64,000 bases of DNA. Source: Protoeuglena noctilucae (Eukaryota). Under the pieces are notes generated by a model that was not told where the DNA came from, ran no database searches, and worked only from the letters and a program-made list of their open reading frames with translations. Below, piece after piece: positions 48,131 through 59,500 of this stretch. The number at the start of each line of letters is the position of its first letter. Within the stretch, counting starts at the first letter, position 1. The position numbers and the translations under genes are program-made. The stretch lies in assembly GCA_958009085.1 (NCBI GenBank), contig OY253688.1, positions 124,001 through 188,000 of the forward strand, written 5' to 3'.

Positions 48131-50671
48131 TCACGCGCCCACGTCGCCCCCGAACCCCACAGGCGTCCCCATGTCCGCATGGCAGATGGCCATGGCCTGG
48201 TACGAGACCCCCATCTGCCCTTCGCTGTCCCCCACGAGCCTCTCGTATCCCACCCGCAGCCAATGCGCGTCCTCTGCGCTCGCACCCCTGCAGCCACGCA
48301 GCCACGCAATGAGATGTCGCAGTACCAGCCGCCCACCGCAGCAGCTGCTAAGGCAAGGCGCATGCCACAAGGATGCATTCGCGCCGAGGAGCTTGATTTC
48401 AGGGCTCTCACCTGTGCTGGCCAGACACTCAAGCCTCACATGGCCTCACCTCACCCTACCAGCATTGCAGCCCTCGAGCCTCACCTCGTGAGCGCGTCGA
48501 GCCTTACGTCGATGCCCAGTGCCTTGAGAAAGACACCCTGAGCCACCGGCCCAAAGACAGACACGCCGGGAGTGGTGGCGGCGGCAGCACGCAGGGACGA
48601 GAAGTCGACCCAGGCAGACAAGTCCGTGGCGCCTGGGCTGGAAAGGGGGTGGACGCCCCGGTGTCCCCGGATGCCGATCAGAGACGCCGAGTAGGGGGCG
48701 TCTTGGCCATAGTCCATCACCAGGGCTGCACCGCCTTCGGACTGCACACGCTGCGACAGGGTCTGCGGGGGGCGAGGGGTGCTTGGGGGATGCGTTGCCA
48801 GTGGGTGGGACAAGGGGTGGGTTTGATGACCAAACCTGATACGAGCGGTATCTGCGCAGCACCACATCAAAGATGCCAATGCAGCTGAGTCGAGCAAGGT
48901 GGCACGGGGCTCGCAGGAAAGCGCTGGCACCTGCGCCAGCTGCACGGCGTGGGGGCTGAACTCGATCCGATCGGCATTGTCAGCATCGACGATCGGTTCC
49001 ATCGACTGCGTGCCTCCACGGGGCATCTCTCCCTTTGGCCCGCCCTGGTCTGCGTCACACTCTGGGTATCTAGGGCCGCCCGTGCCTGCCTGGGCCCGGC
49101 TGGGGAAGAGGTGCGCGAGGAGCTTGGAGGCGGGCGTCGGGTGCGGGGATAGGACGAATCGGAAGTGCCGGGGGGAGCTGGGGTCGTGGTCGTGGTCGAC
49201 GAGGACCTCTCGCCAGCCATGAGGGGTGCGCACGAACTGCAGAGGACAGAGAGAGGCAGAGTGGAGGATCGGCACGCACTGCGGCGGACAGCGAGTGCAG
49301 AGGAGTGATGGACAGCGAAGGGTGGGGAAAGTGCAGTCTACAGTAAAGATCGAGGGCGTGTGAGTGCTGGGGTGGAGTGCAAGAGGACAGCGCACGACCG
49401 GGTCTCTCGCGAAACAGAGTCCCTACGTAAGCATGTCGATTCCCACTACGCTCACCTGGTGCACAGGCAGGGCATCGACAAACTCGTGGAGGATGTACAG
49501 GGCCGGCACGCCTCCTGGCACGTCGTCAAGGCTCGGGTACCATGACACCGGTATCTGACTCCACGTGCTGCGCCCACGCCGCACCGCCCCCTCCGTCCCC
49601 GCCTCGCCCGCTCCCTCTCGCTCCCCTGGCCCCTCCGCGCACCGCAACGCACCCCACTGCACCTTGCACAACGCAGGTGACACGTCCACCAGGTGGACGG
49701 AAAGGGCCGCGGCAAAGTCTCGGAAAGGCGCCGTGGAGCGCAGGAGGTCGGCCATCAGCGTGCCGCGCCCCGGGCCCAGCTCCACGATCCGCAGACGGCG
49801 GGGCCTGCCCAGGCGCATCCACGCGGCCACCGCCCATACCCCGACCATCTCCCTGCGTGAGCGGCCAGCGAGGCGCACACTGTTTCGTGAGCACATTTGC
49901 TTGGTTGAAGCAGCGTGAGAGGACGCTGGCTCGTCGGGCAAGCCCCTCTGCGGCAAGCAAATAGGCGAGAGTGCCTCGGCAGCGGGCGCCTCCCCACCCA
50001 AACATTTGCGAGATTTCCGGGGACGTCACGAAGTCGCCTTTAGCACCAAAGACGTCTCCGGATGGGTAGTAGCCCTTGGGACTCGCCAGGCACGTGGTCA
50101 TGAACTCGGCAACGGTGATGGGCCCGCCGCCCATGCGTATCCTGAGGGCGCAGAACACGGCAACGACAGTGCATTGGGCGATCTGGAGGGTGGCATTTGA
50201 GTCGATGACGTGGAGCTGCTGCTCAGCGAGGAAAGGGGCACGAGAGGCGCGGCACCTGTGCTGCAGGTGGCGTCCCAGGTCGGTGAGGGGCTCCTTGGCC
50301 GCAGAGGGGCCGGCCTCGTCGAGGCGGGGCGCTTTGAGGAGACCGGATCGATCGACGGATACGATGGTATCCTCGGAAACGCCGGATCGCTCGGCATCGC
50401 GCGAGGAGACGAATCGTGAGGAACAGTGGCCTGCGGTGCCCGTGCGAGACGAGCACGGCACAGATAGCCTGGCCGTAAAAGGCGGGGAGTTGACATCGTC
50501 GGTCCTTCGCCAGGAAGGCCCCGCGAGTTCGCTCTCAAGCCGTGCAGTGGCGATGCATCGTTCCAAACCCTCTCCTGATAGGCACACCCGCGGCGATGCG
50601 ACGGCCGCCGAGTCAGGAGCTGAGCTGCGCGCAATCAGCCATGCCTGTGCGGAACATCGGCGCGCCCACAT
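48131..50671 (-). CDS. NDUFAF7: Mitochondrial protein arginine methyltransferase NDUFAF7/MidA
   Basis: GPITVAEFM, GYY..GDVFGAKGDFVTSPEISQMFGE, VELGPGRGTLMADLLR, HEFVDALPVHQF, GGAALVMDYG and PGATDLSAWVDF. Confidence 0.94.
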
Positions 50672-51120
50672 CGTGACCTCGGCCTATGGCCGGGTCAGCA
50701 GGCGCGGGCGAGCGTGCCGAGGGCACGAGACGACGATGTGGGCGGAGGGCACAAGGAGATCGGGTGCTCAACGCTTGGCGCAGAGTGCTGATTGGCATGA
50801 GCGTGCGCCACAACTACTCTCTCAGCTAAGCTCAGCTTCACGGACAAGGGCAATTTGCCAGTCCTAGGTGTGCTGCACGAGGCACGCAGCGCCAGTCAAC
50901 GTTGCCAGCTCATAGGAAGCAGCAGTCAGAGAGCCAGCTTCCTCAGCTCCGCCGCCGTCGCTGCCCGTGCCGTGGGCACCACGCTGTCCTTCCCCACTGC
51001 GACAGGGGAGTGCGAGTGTGTTGAGGGCCCCAAGCAATGACCCAAGTAGTGTTACTGAGGCAGTAACACTACAGGCATGATACTGAGGCACATTATGTCA
51101 ATGTACAAACCACAATCAGA

Positions 51121-52094
51121 CTACGCCCATGCACAAACCAGGTCCTTCGCAGCACGCAGGCACTCACGGAACACCCCCAGCAACGCCTGGCACATGTCCA
51201 GGGAAGCAATCTTGAGGTCGGGCTTGACCTTATCCCAGGCGACCTGCTTGTCCGCCACAGCCACGTCGAGCGTGTTGTCCGCGCGCACCCGCAGGACGAC
51301 GTTGCAGCCCGTCTTCAGCTTGCGGTTCTGCGGAGGGAAGCGCACGGTCGAGGGACACCCTCAAGCCCGGCTTTCCCGGTTGCCTGCGCAGCGCCTGCCG
51401 TCCCCAGCGTGCCCGGCCTTGCCAGGAAGAATGCCTCGAACTGCTGGAGCTTGTCGAGCTGCTTGGCCTCCGTCATGCGCTTCTCGATGGCCTTGCGGAT
51501 CGCGTCGATGAAGGTGGGGCCGTCCACATCGCGCACGAGCTGCAGCTGGACCACCCGGTTGAAGGCCCCCTTGACCAGGACGTCGCACACGGACGCGTCA
51601 TCCGCCTTCTTCACCGTCCCCGCCTTCACGCCCTTGGCCAGCTCCGCCGACGCCTTCGCCGTGTCCGCAAACACGGCGATGGCGTAGACCTTCACGCCGA
51701 CGATGGCAATCTTCTTGACGCGGTGCCCCACGCCCAGGCATTGGAGGAGCTCCGAATCCCAGAAGCGGGCGCTCCAGGGGAACGCCACGCCCGTGGCCCG
51801 GTCCGCGATCTGGGCGGGGACGAATGGCGGATGGAGGGTATATATGATGAACTACGCGATGGGAGTCACCACAAGCGCATCAAGCCGTCTTCGGCGCACC
51901 GGGGCTGGTCCTGACGGGGCGGGCCCAGTTGCAGCCTGCGACGCGACCGTCCGGGGGCCTCCTGCCCGCCCGGGCCGACGAAGGGACGAAGCGTTGTGCG
52001 GTCTAGGCCCCCGCCTCGCGGACCAGCGATTGGCGTCCGGGCGGTCCGGGCGATGCCATCCGCTGCCCCCCAAGAGCGCACGTGATCCCAGCAT
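51121..52094 (-). CDS. Chalcone-isomerase-fold fatty-acid-binding protein (FAP-like), probably plastid
   Basis: DRATGVAFP, CLGVGHRVKKIAIVGVKVYAIAVF, VQLQLVRDVDGPTFIDAI and IASLDMCQALLGVF; transit-like first exon. Confidence 0.82.
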
Positions 52095-52317
52095 CCTACA
52101 CCTCCCCGCAGCTGCGGCCTTCAACACGGCGAGACAGCTGGTGAAACGCTGCCACGTCTGACGAGTCTGTGTCTCAGGGCTCCTGTCTCCGTCTGTCTTG
52201 GGGACCTGGCAGCGGTGCGGCACGGCACGCTCAGCAGAACCGCGCGAGGCGTCTGGAACGAGCCCACACGTAGGAGCGTGGTCTTGATGATCAAAAGGCT
52301 GCAAGGGAGTTGTCGCG

Positions 52318-53094
52318 ATGTTCAGGAAGGGCGGGAATACGACGACCATCAAATCTGGTGCGCAGCTATTTCTGTGTGCCTGTGGCGCTCGTCCGGGCGT
52401 GCAGGTTGTCAGCAGCAGGTGTTCTTCAACTTGCACGCAACCGCTCTTTGGGTGCAGGGGGGCGCATCAAGCTTCACACGACTTGGGACGACGGGAGCGA
52501 GCTCATCGAGGAATTCGACGCGAATACCGACGAGCTCCTCGTCCGTCGCATCCGCCGGAAGACGGCGGTGGGTTCCGTGGGCGAGTGGGAGTGGCTGGCG
52601 GGAGATCCACCGGCGCCGTCCACGAGTGGAACGCCCTCCTAGCCGAGAGCCCCCGGAACCCCGTCTTCAGGTGCGCTCGTGCCCTGCAAGCTGCCCTTGC
52701 TTCAGAGCAGCTCTGCAAGCGACGCCGATGCCCCGACCGGCCCCCCGGCTCTCGCGCCCGCAGCCGATGTGACCAGCGTGAGGTGTTCCAGTGGCGCATT
52801 CGCAACGTGCCGTACCCGCCCGAGGTGTTTTCGGTGACCGCGGACCCCGCAGAAAGAAAGTTGGTGATCCGCACGGCGAATAAAAAGTACTTCAAGCGCT
52901 TCCCCGTGCCGGAGCTGGACCTGCTGGGGCTGCCGCTCGAGCAGCACCGGTTGCAGTGGCACCACGCCAACATCACCCTGGTGGTCAGCTACGCCAAGCC
53001 ACCGGCCGTGTTGGCAGCGGAGAACGAGGAGCGCGCGCAGCGGCACGCCATGAGGGGCAAGGAGGAAGGAAACGTCGATTGCAAGCAGCAGTAG
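52318..53094 (+). CDS. DPCD: DPCD (deleted in primary ciliary dyskinesia) homolog with an apparent 1-nt frameshift near 52630
   Basis: GRIKLHTTWDDGSELIEEFD...LLVRRIR...GEWEW in one frame; ESPRNPVF|R...FQWRIRNVPYP...IRTANKKYFKRF...DCKQQ-stop in another. Confidence 0.88.
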   Translation: MFRKGGNTTTIKSGAQLFLCACGARPGVQVVSSRCSSTCTQPLFGCRGAHQASHDLGRRERAHRGIRREYRRAPRPSHPPEDGGGFRGRVGVAGGRSTGAVHEWNALLAESPRNPVFRCARALQAALASEQLCKRRRCPDRPPGSRARSRCDQREVFQWRIRNVPYPPEVFSVTADPAERKLVIRTANKKYFKRFPVPELDLLGLPLEQHRLQWHHANITLVVSYAKPPAVLAAENEERAQRHAMRGKEEGNVDCKQQ

Positions 53095-53178
53095 TGCGAG
53101 GGGTGCGGCGCTGGCTGGTATGCATGGTCCGGTAAAAGTGATGAAATGGTAGCGCGCACGGTAGACATGACGCCTCGC

Positions 53179-54785
53179 TCAAGCGGGCACGGCGCGGATG
53201 TAAAGCGAGTTGCCGAACCGGGCATCGGGCGCGTTGACCGGCAGGTCAGGGAGCTGCTCCTCGGGCGGAATGCGCCCGTACGACATCTGCGGTCCACGGT
53301 GAAGGGCCAAGTTCCGGTTGTGGCAGCGTCGCAGGTGGCAGGTGACCAGACAGGTGACGCCTTCCCTGCCGGCGCCGGAGAGGTGCCGGCATCTCACCTG
53401 GGGGTGCCCCCGCCAGAGCATCGTGATGGTCCGCCAGCCCATGTCTTGGAGCTCGGCCGTCGGGTCTGGCTCGCATAACCACTTCCACTCCTCCCGCAGC
53501 CGCCGCAGCCCGCGCCGCCCCTCCACGTCCCGCTTCGCTGCCGTGTCCCCCGGGCCCCCGCCCCACCCCGCGTCCACCTGCCCGCGGTTCCCGTCCGCCT
53601 GCCCCCCCGCGGGGCGGTGCGGCCGCGAGATGGTGTTGATCAGGAACACCGACCCGGGAGCCGCCAGCTCGCGTGCCGTCTTCAGCACCTGCTCGGCGTC
53701 GTGGCGCTCGAGGTACATGAGCAGGCCCTCGGCGAGGAAGACGGACGGCACGGCCGGGTCGAACCCGGCGGCCAGCAGCTGGTCCTTCCAGTCGGGCCGG
53801 CTGAGGTCGCACGCCACGCTCGTGATGGACGCGGCCTTGAGCGGCCAGCGGGGCGGGGGGCCCTCGGGGCTGCGGCGGTCCCCATCCTTGGCCTGCGCCC
53901 AGGCGAGGAGCCGAGAGTGACCGTGAGGTCCGCGACCCACGCGCAGACAGGATCACCACTCCAATGAAGCGCAGACAGGATCACCACACCAGTGAAGGTT
54001 CCGATGGCGCGCCCCTCACCTCGTCCAACTCCCAGCGGGTCGGGCCCACGGCAGCACCGGCGTGGGCGAGGGTGCGCCGCTTGGCCTCGAGCACGTCCCC
54101 CCGATCCACCTCAAACCAGTGCGTGCGCGGGGGCAGCGGCAGCCGCCACGCGCGGGTGTCCATGCCCGCGCCCAGCATCACGACCTGCCGCGGCATGGCC
54201 CCGGACTCGGGACGCGGCGTCGCCTTCCAGGGGGGCGAAAAGCCGGAGGGGTCCAGCACCCCGAGCGCCTCGAGGAGTGCATCGTCGAAGTAGCGCACGC
54301 GGATCGGGAACCGGTTGCCCCACTGCGATGGAAAAGCGACGTGAGTTCTGCGCGAATTCGCCGGATTGGCGCGGACTTCGGCTCGCCCTGCCTCACCAGG
54401 ATGTGGCGGTCTTGGCGGGGACGGTTACGGGCGTTTTTCATGGCCACGCGCCCCGCGAGGACCTCGGCAAGCGGATCGTGGAACAGCGCATTGGGCCGCT
54501 CCGATTCCATCGCCCGCATCGCCGCAATGATTCGCGATGAGAAGCTGACCAAGCTGTCGAGCCCATCGAACTGCGCGCGCAATCAGATTGGCGTGGTATT
54601 GGCGTGGCAGAACCCCCCGGCCCTGGCTGTGCGGTCGTGGGACGCAGTGGACTTCAGCTCGCTCGAAAACGCGTCGCCGTCGCTTCGCTCGCCTGGGACC
54701 GTAACCAAAGCCGGTGAAGCCAGCGGGAAATGTGCCAAACACCGGCGATGCCCACGAGGGGGCGCGCCAGGCTCCCGGCCCCCAT
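53179..54785 (-). CDS. SAM-dependent methyltransferase of the leucine-carboxyl-methyltransferase (LCM/YktD-like) family
   Basis: AAMRAMESERPNALFHDPLA, RVRYFDD, QVVMLGAGMDTRAWRL, FEVD, DLSRPDW...LLAAGFDP and FLAEGLLMYL. The first exon joins via a GC donor at 54692. Confidence 0.9.
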
Positions 54786-54934
54786 CTTGGACGATGGACG
54801 GGTCAATGAAGCTTGCCTTCGTTGTGTGTTCTCGACTTTCTTGACATAGGAAAGGTGGATTCAATGGAGGCGGGGCCCATCTGGCTCTCCAACACTGGCA
54901 ACAGTGGGGCTGACGGACGCCGTCGGTGTAGGAA

Positions 54935-56263
54935 TCAAGAGCGGCCCTCAATCGCCTCGAGGCACTCGCGCACCGAGCCCCCCCGCCTCATGGCCGCCAT
55001 GAGGCGCTCGTAGGCGGGCCCCTGCTCCTTGAGCATCCTGGTCGCTTCGAATGTAGCCCACCGCGTGAGGTTTTGTTGCTGTTGGTCGGTCAGCTTGGTC
55101 TCCGCCCGCATCATGAGCCGCTGCAGCAGCATCAGGTCCGCCGTCTGCCCCAACACCTCCTCGTACTCGAGCCCCTCGGCCGCCAGCCCCGCCATGGCCA
55201 CCACCGCCAGCGCATTGAGCTCGTCGTCGGACAGCTTGCCCTCGATGAGCCGACGGGACAGGCGCGCCTCGGCGAAGTCCGTGTGCTCCTTCCCCAGCGC
55301 GAGCGTGTACCCCGCCACTGGGACCCCCAGCAGATAGCCCACCAAGTAATGGCCGGCCTCGTGCCGGAGCACACGCTCCCTGCGGTGTGAGGGAGCAGGG
55401 AGGCGCGTGGGCGGGCGACGCGCAGCTGGGTCCCTTCTCTGCTCAACCAGAACTGCCCACACCTGTAGTCAGGGAACACGGTGCGGAACGAGTCAATGGC
55501 CGCCTGCAGCAGCCCCGGCGAGACGCTCCCGATCGCTAGGACGAGCAAAGGCACGCCGCCGAGGAGGTAAGGAACGAAGAAGGAGAAGTCGCCCGGCAGC
55601 GTGTTGCCCGCGACCACGCCCAGCCCGGAGAAGACGACGAACACCGTGACGAGGAAGGCCGCGTCGTTGCGCACGGACGGCGTCGCGAGGGACTCGGGGT
55701 CCTTGATGCCTACGCGCTTGAGCTCCCCGAGGAACACGTTGCGCCGCTGAAGGCTGCCCGCCGCAGAGCCGAACATGGGCACCAGCCCGGCCTCGGACAG
55801 CGCCGTGAGGGCCTTGCGGACGTCCCCTAGCAACTCGGGGTCCGTTTTCATGGATGGGGGAGCGCGCGCGAGATTGTCGCATACGACATCGTAGTCCCTG
55901 CAGAGGTGGGCGCGTTATGACGTCAGAGATTGTCGCACGCGACATCGTAGTCCCTGCATAAATGGGCGTGTTATGACGTAATCAAACGTTTTAAGGTTCT
56001 TGGACAGGTAAGAGCCGGCAGGACCGCTCCACGGCGCGGGTCCCCTTGCGTGGGCGGAGGCTCGAAGTGCACCTGAAGAGCGCGGCGGGGTCGCGCTCGG
56101 CCGCCTTTGTGGATGCGGCGGTCGCGGCAGGCTCGGACGCGCGCAAGATGACTCTGCGCGGCACCGCGCCCCGCACGCGCGCGGGCAGCGGCGCCCCGCG
56201 AACGAGTGGCACCATGGCGCTCATCAACGGGGCTCTGAAAGGAATCGACGCCGAGCCCAGCAT
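54935..56263 (-). CDS. VIR3: Plastid FtsH/M41-like zinc metalloprotease-domain protein (VIRESCENT3-like)
   Basis: PSVRNDAAFL, HEAGHYLVGYLLGVP (HExxH), LGKEH, VAMAGLAAEGL and QQQQNLTRWA. Confidence 0.87.
55870..55979 (-). repeat. ~54-nt tandem duplication of a splice acceptor and exon start
   Basis: gagattgtcgca(t/c)(a/g)cgacatcgtagtccctgca...tgggcg(c/t)gttatgacgt at ~55870-55923 and ~55926-55979. Confidence 0.95.
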
Positions 56264-56566
56264 GTAGATAGAACGATGAAGAGCGCATCTGTAGCGCAGC
56301 GGCTCGAGAGGGCGAGGTGGACATCGGAGTCTGACACACGGGTAGCCCCCGAGGGCGGTCGGGCGGGCTCGGGCGGGCCATTCCGAGGGGTTTCGCCGTG
56401 TCGAGCGGACAGTTTCGTGCTCGTATAGTTGGCGCCGGGCAGCCCCGGCGTGTGATTCCTCACGTGTTCACGTTTCGGCGATCGATCCCGCCCCCGGGGC
56501 CCCTTTGTCGCGTCCCCCGCCCTCATCAGTCGTTACCTGGCTAGTGGCGACGGTGCGGGCGCCGTG

Positions 56567-59500
56567 ATGAGCGCCTCGCCCGAACGGGAGGCGGCTGAAG
56601 GTGGGCGGGGAGATGGCCCCAGGGGTGCGGCATATGGGGCTCCCGGCGGTCCCATCGCAAGCTGGGGGACGCACGCGTGGCGTGGCCGTCCGTGCGGCCC
56701 GCCGTGTCGCCCAGGGGCGCGCTGGTCGGCCGCGCAGGCTGAGGGGTCCTTGACCCGGAATTTTTACGGCCGGCGTGCGCACCTCTCCCGCAGGGCCGTA
56801 CTCCGACACGCAATCCAGCGTCCGGGTGGCGGTGCGCATCCGTCCGCTGCTCGAGCATGAGTCCTCGCACCCGACGGAAATGCTCCACCTCGACGCGACG
56901 GGGAAGAGGGTCGTCACGGGCCGGCAGGACTCGCGCATGTCCAAAGAGTACGGCTTCGACGCCGTCCTGGGTCCAGACGCCACGCAGGACGACGTGGCGG
57001 AGGCCGTGGGCCTCGACCAGCTCCTCCAGCGGGTGCTCCAGGGGTACAACGGCACCGTGTTCGCGTACGGGCAGACGGGCTCCGGGAAGACGCACACCAT
57101 GGAGGGTCTGGGGTACGGCTCCTCGGTCGACGGCACCGCGGCCGCCGAGCCGGACCCGGGGCTCATCCCGCGGGCCATTGTTGACCTCTTTGACGCCGCG
57201 TCACGGGAGGCGAGCGCCAACAGCAGGCAGATCCTCATCACCTGCTCCTTCGTGCAAATCTACATGGAGCAGTGCTACGATCTCCTGGGCCCCTCCGCCG
57301 GCGCGGCGGGCATCGTGTCGGCGGTGAGCGGCGCTGCGGACCTCCGCACATGCGCAGGGGCCTCGCGCCTCCTCCCGAGCTCCGGGGGCTGTGCGATACG
57401 TGCACGTGGTTAGATGCCTTGTTTCCGTCCGGTCTGTCACAAGCGACCGTCAGCGGCCACCCCACGGCCCGCGCAGGACAACGTTTTTGACGAGGCCTTC
57501 AACCGCGGCCCCAAGCTGCGCCAGGGCCTGCGCCTCCGCTGGTCGAAGGACGACGGGTTCTACCTGGAAAACATCTACCGCGTGGAGTGCATGGACGCCG
57601 CCGGTGCGCCGCGCGGCATGCCTAACGCCCCCTACGGCCCTCGCCCGCGCCTCTATCGCGCGCCGAAACCGCTCCCGCCGCCCCCGCCCTTCGCGCAGAC
57701 GCGCTGAGTCACTTCGAGCGTGGCGTCCGCAACCGCATCACCGCCTCCCACCGGATGAACCGGTACTCGTCCCGGTCCCACTGCCTCTTCACGCTCGAGC
57801 TGTCCTCCTCGCCCATCGGGCACCCGGAGGAGGTCATTCGCTCCAAATTGGTCATGGTCGACCTCGCCGGGTGAGAGCGCGCGCTCGCGCGCGCTGGGGC
57901 CGACGCAGCGAGAGCTCCTGCACACGCGCCCTCGCTGCGTGGTGTCGACACATGGGCCCGGCGCCATCCGCAGGTCCGAGAAGCAGGCGCAGACGGGCGC
58001 GACGAGTGGGCTGACGCAGAAGGAGAGCATCTCCATTAACCAATCGCTCATGACCCTCCGGTGAGCACGCGGCAGGTCGCGCCCCCCCAGCCTAGCTTAG
58101 CCACTGTTGTTTACCGACCCCACCCCGTTCCTACTCCCCAGGAAGGTCATCTCGGGCTTGGCCGAGGGCGAAAAGCGTCCCCACATCCCCTTCCGCGACT
58201 CCAAGCTCACGTCGCTGCTGCAGCCGTCCCTGGGCGGCAGCTCCTTCACCTCCATGGTCGCCTGCGTGAGCCCCAGCGACCTGTACCACGACGACAACGT
58301 CAGCACGCTCGACTACGCCTCCCTGGCGCAGCGCATCACCAACCGCGTCGTACGCAACGAGGACCCCCGCGCGCGCCTCATCCGCCAGCTGCGCGAGCAG
58401 GTCACCTTCCTGCAGTCCCAGATCGCCCTCATCAAGCCCCTCCTGCCGAGCGAAACCGCCCTCGACCAGCTCCTGCCCCCGCCCATCGACCCGGCCCCGC
58501 GACGCAGCTCCACGGACGGGAGCACGCGCAACGACGGGGGTCCTTCCCGGGCGCTCAGGAGCTTCCCCTCCCTGGTCAAGGACTCGCCCCGCAAGTCCGT
58601 CGCGGCCGACCCGGACATCGACCCCCCGACGCCCACGGGCCCACGGCTGCCCCGGCGCGCCAGCAGTTTCTCTGCACGGTCGCTGCAGGCCATGCCCTCG
58701 CTGCCGCGCGCCCGGGGAAGCGGCAAAGACGGCAAGGACGGCGGCTCGGCCTCGCGCTCCGTCGGCCGCAAGACGCCGGTGCCGGGCTCCGGTCGCCCTC
58801 CCTCCGGGTCGTCGGTTGTGAGCTCAATGGAGGGCGGGGGCGGTCTGTTTGAGAACCGCGGGGACCACTTGGAGCGCGTGACGGAGGACGCCGAGGGCGA
58901 GAAGGACGCGCAGGGGCAGCGCGTGGACGGGCAGCAGGGCAGGGAGGCGTTGGAGGCGTTGGCGCACAAGCTGGTGGCGGCCGTGGCAGTCGTGCGGGGC
59001 CTGCAGCAGGTGAAGGACGCTTGGTGCGATGCCTGGGGCCCTCGCCTAGGTAAACTCCTCTTGTCAGCATGGGCTTGGCTTGGTACATGGTGCCATGCGT
59101 GATGACATGGTCGCTTCCCTGCAGGCCAACGCGCGTCTGCGGGAGGAGTACACACGCGCGACGCAGCGGGCGGAGGAGCTTGAGGAGACGAACGGGGCGG
59201 TGCACCGGGAGAACGAGCATCTGCGGGAGAGGGTGGAGATGCTGGAGGGGGTGGTGGTGATGGACGCGGCGGGGGTGGCGGCGGCGCAGGGGGCGGCGGA
59301 GCAGGCGGGGACGTCGGGGGACGTGGCAGCGGCGCGTCGGGGCCTGCACACGACGAGCACGGCCATGCTGGTGGAGCTGGTGGACCTGCGGCGGGAGAAC
59401 GAGGTCCTGCGGCAGCAGCTGCGAGCGGCGGGGGGGCAGCCGGTGGCGACCGTGGCGGGCATCGAGGCGCGGTCAGGGAGAGCGTCGGTGCCCCCGGGCG

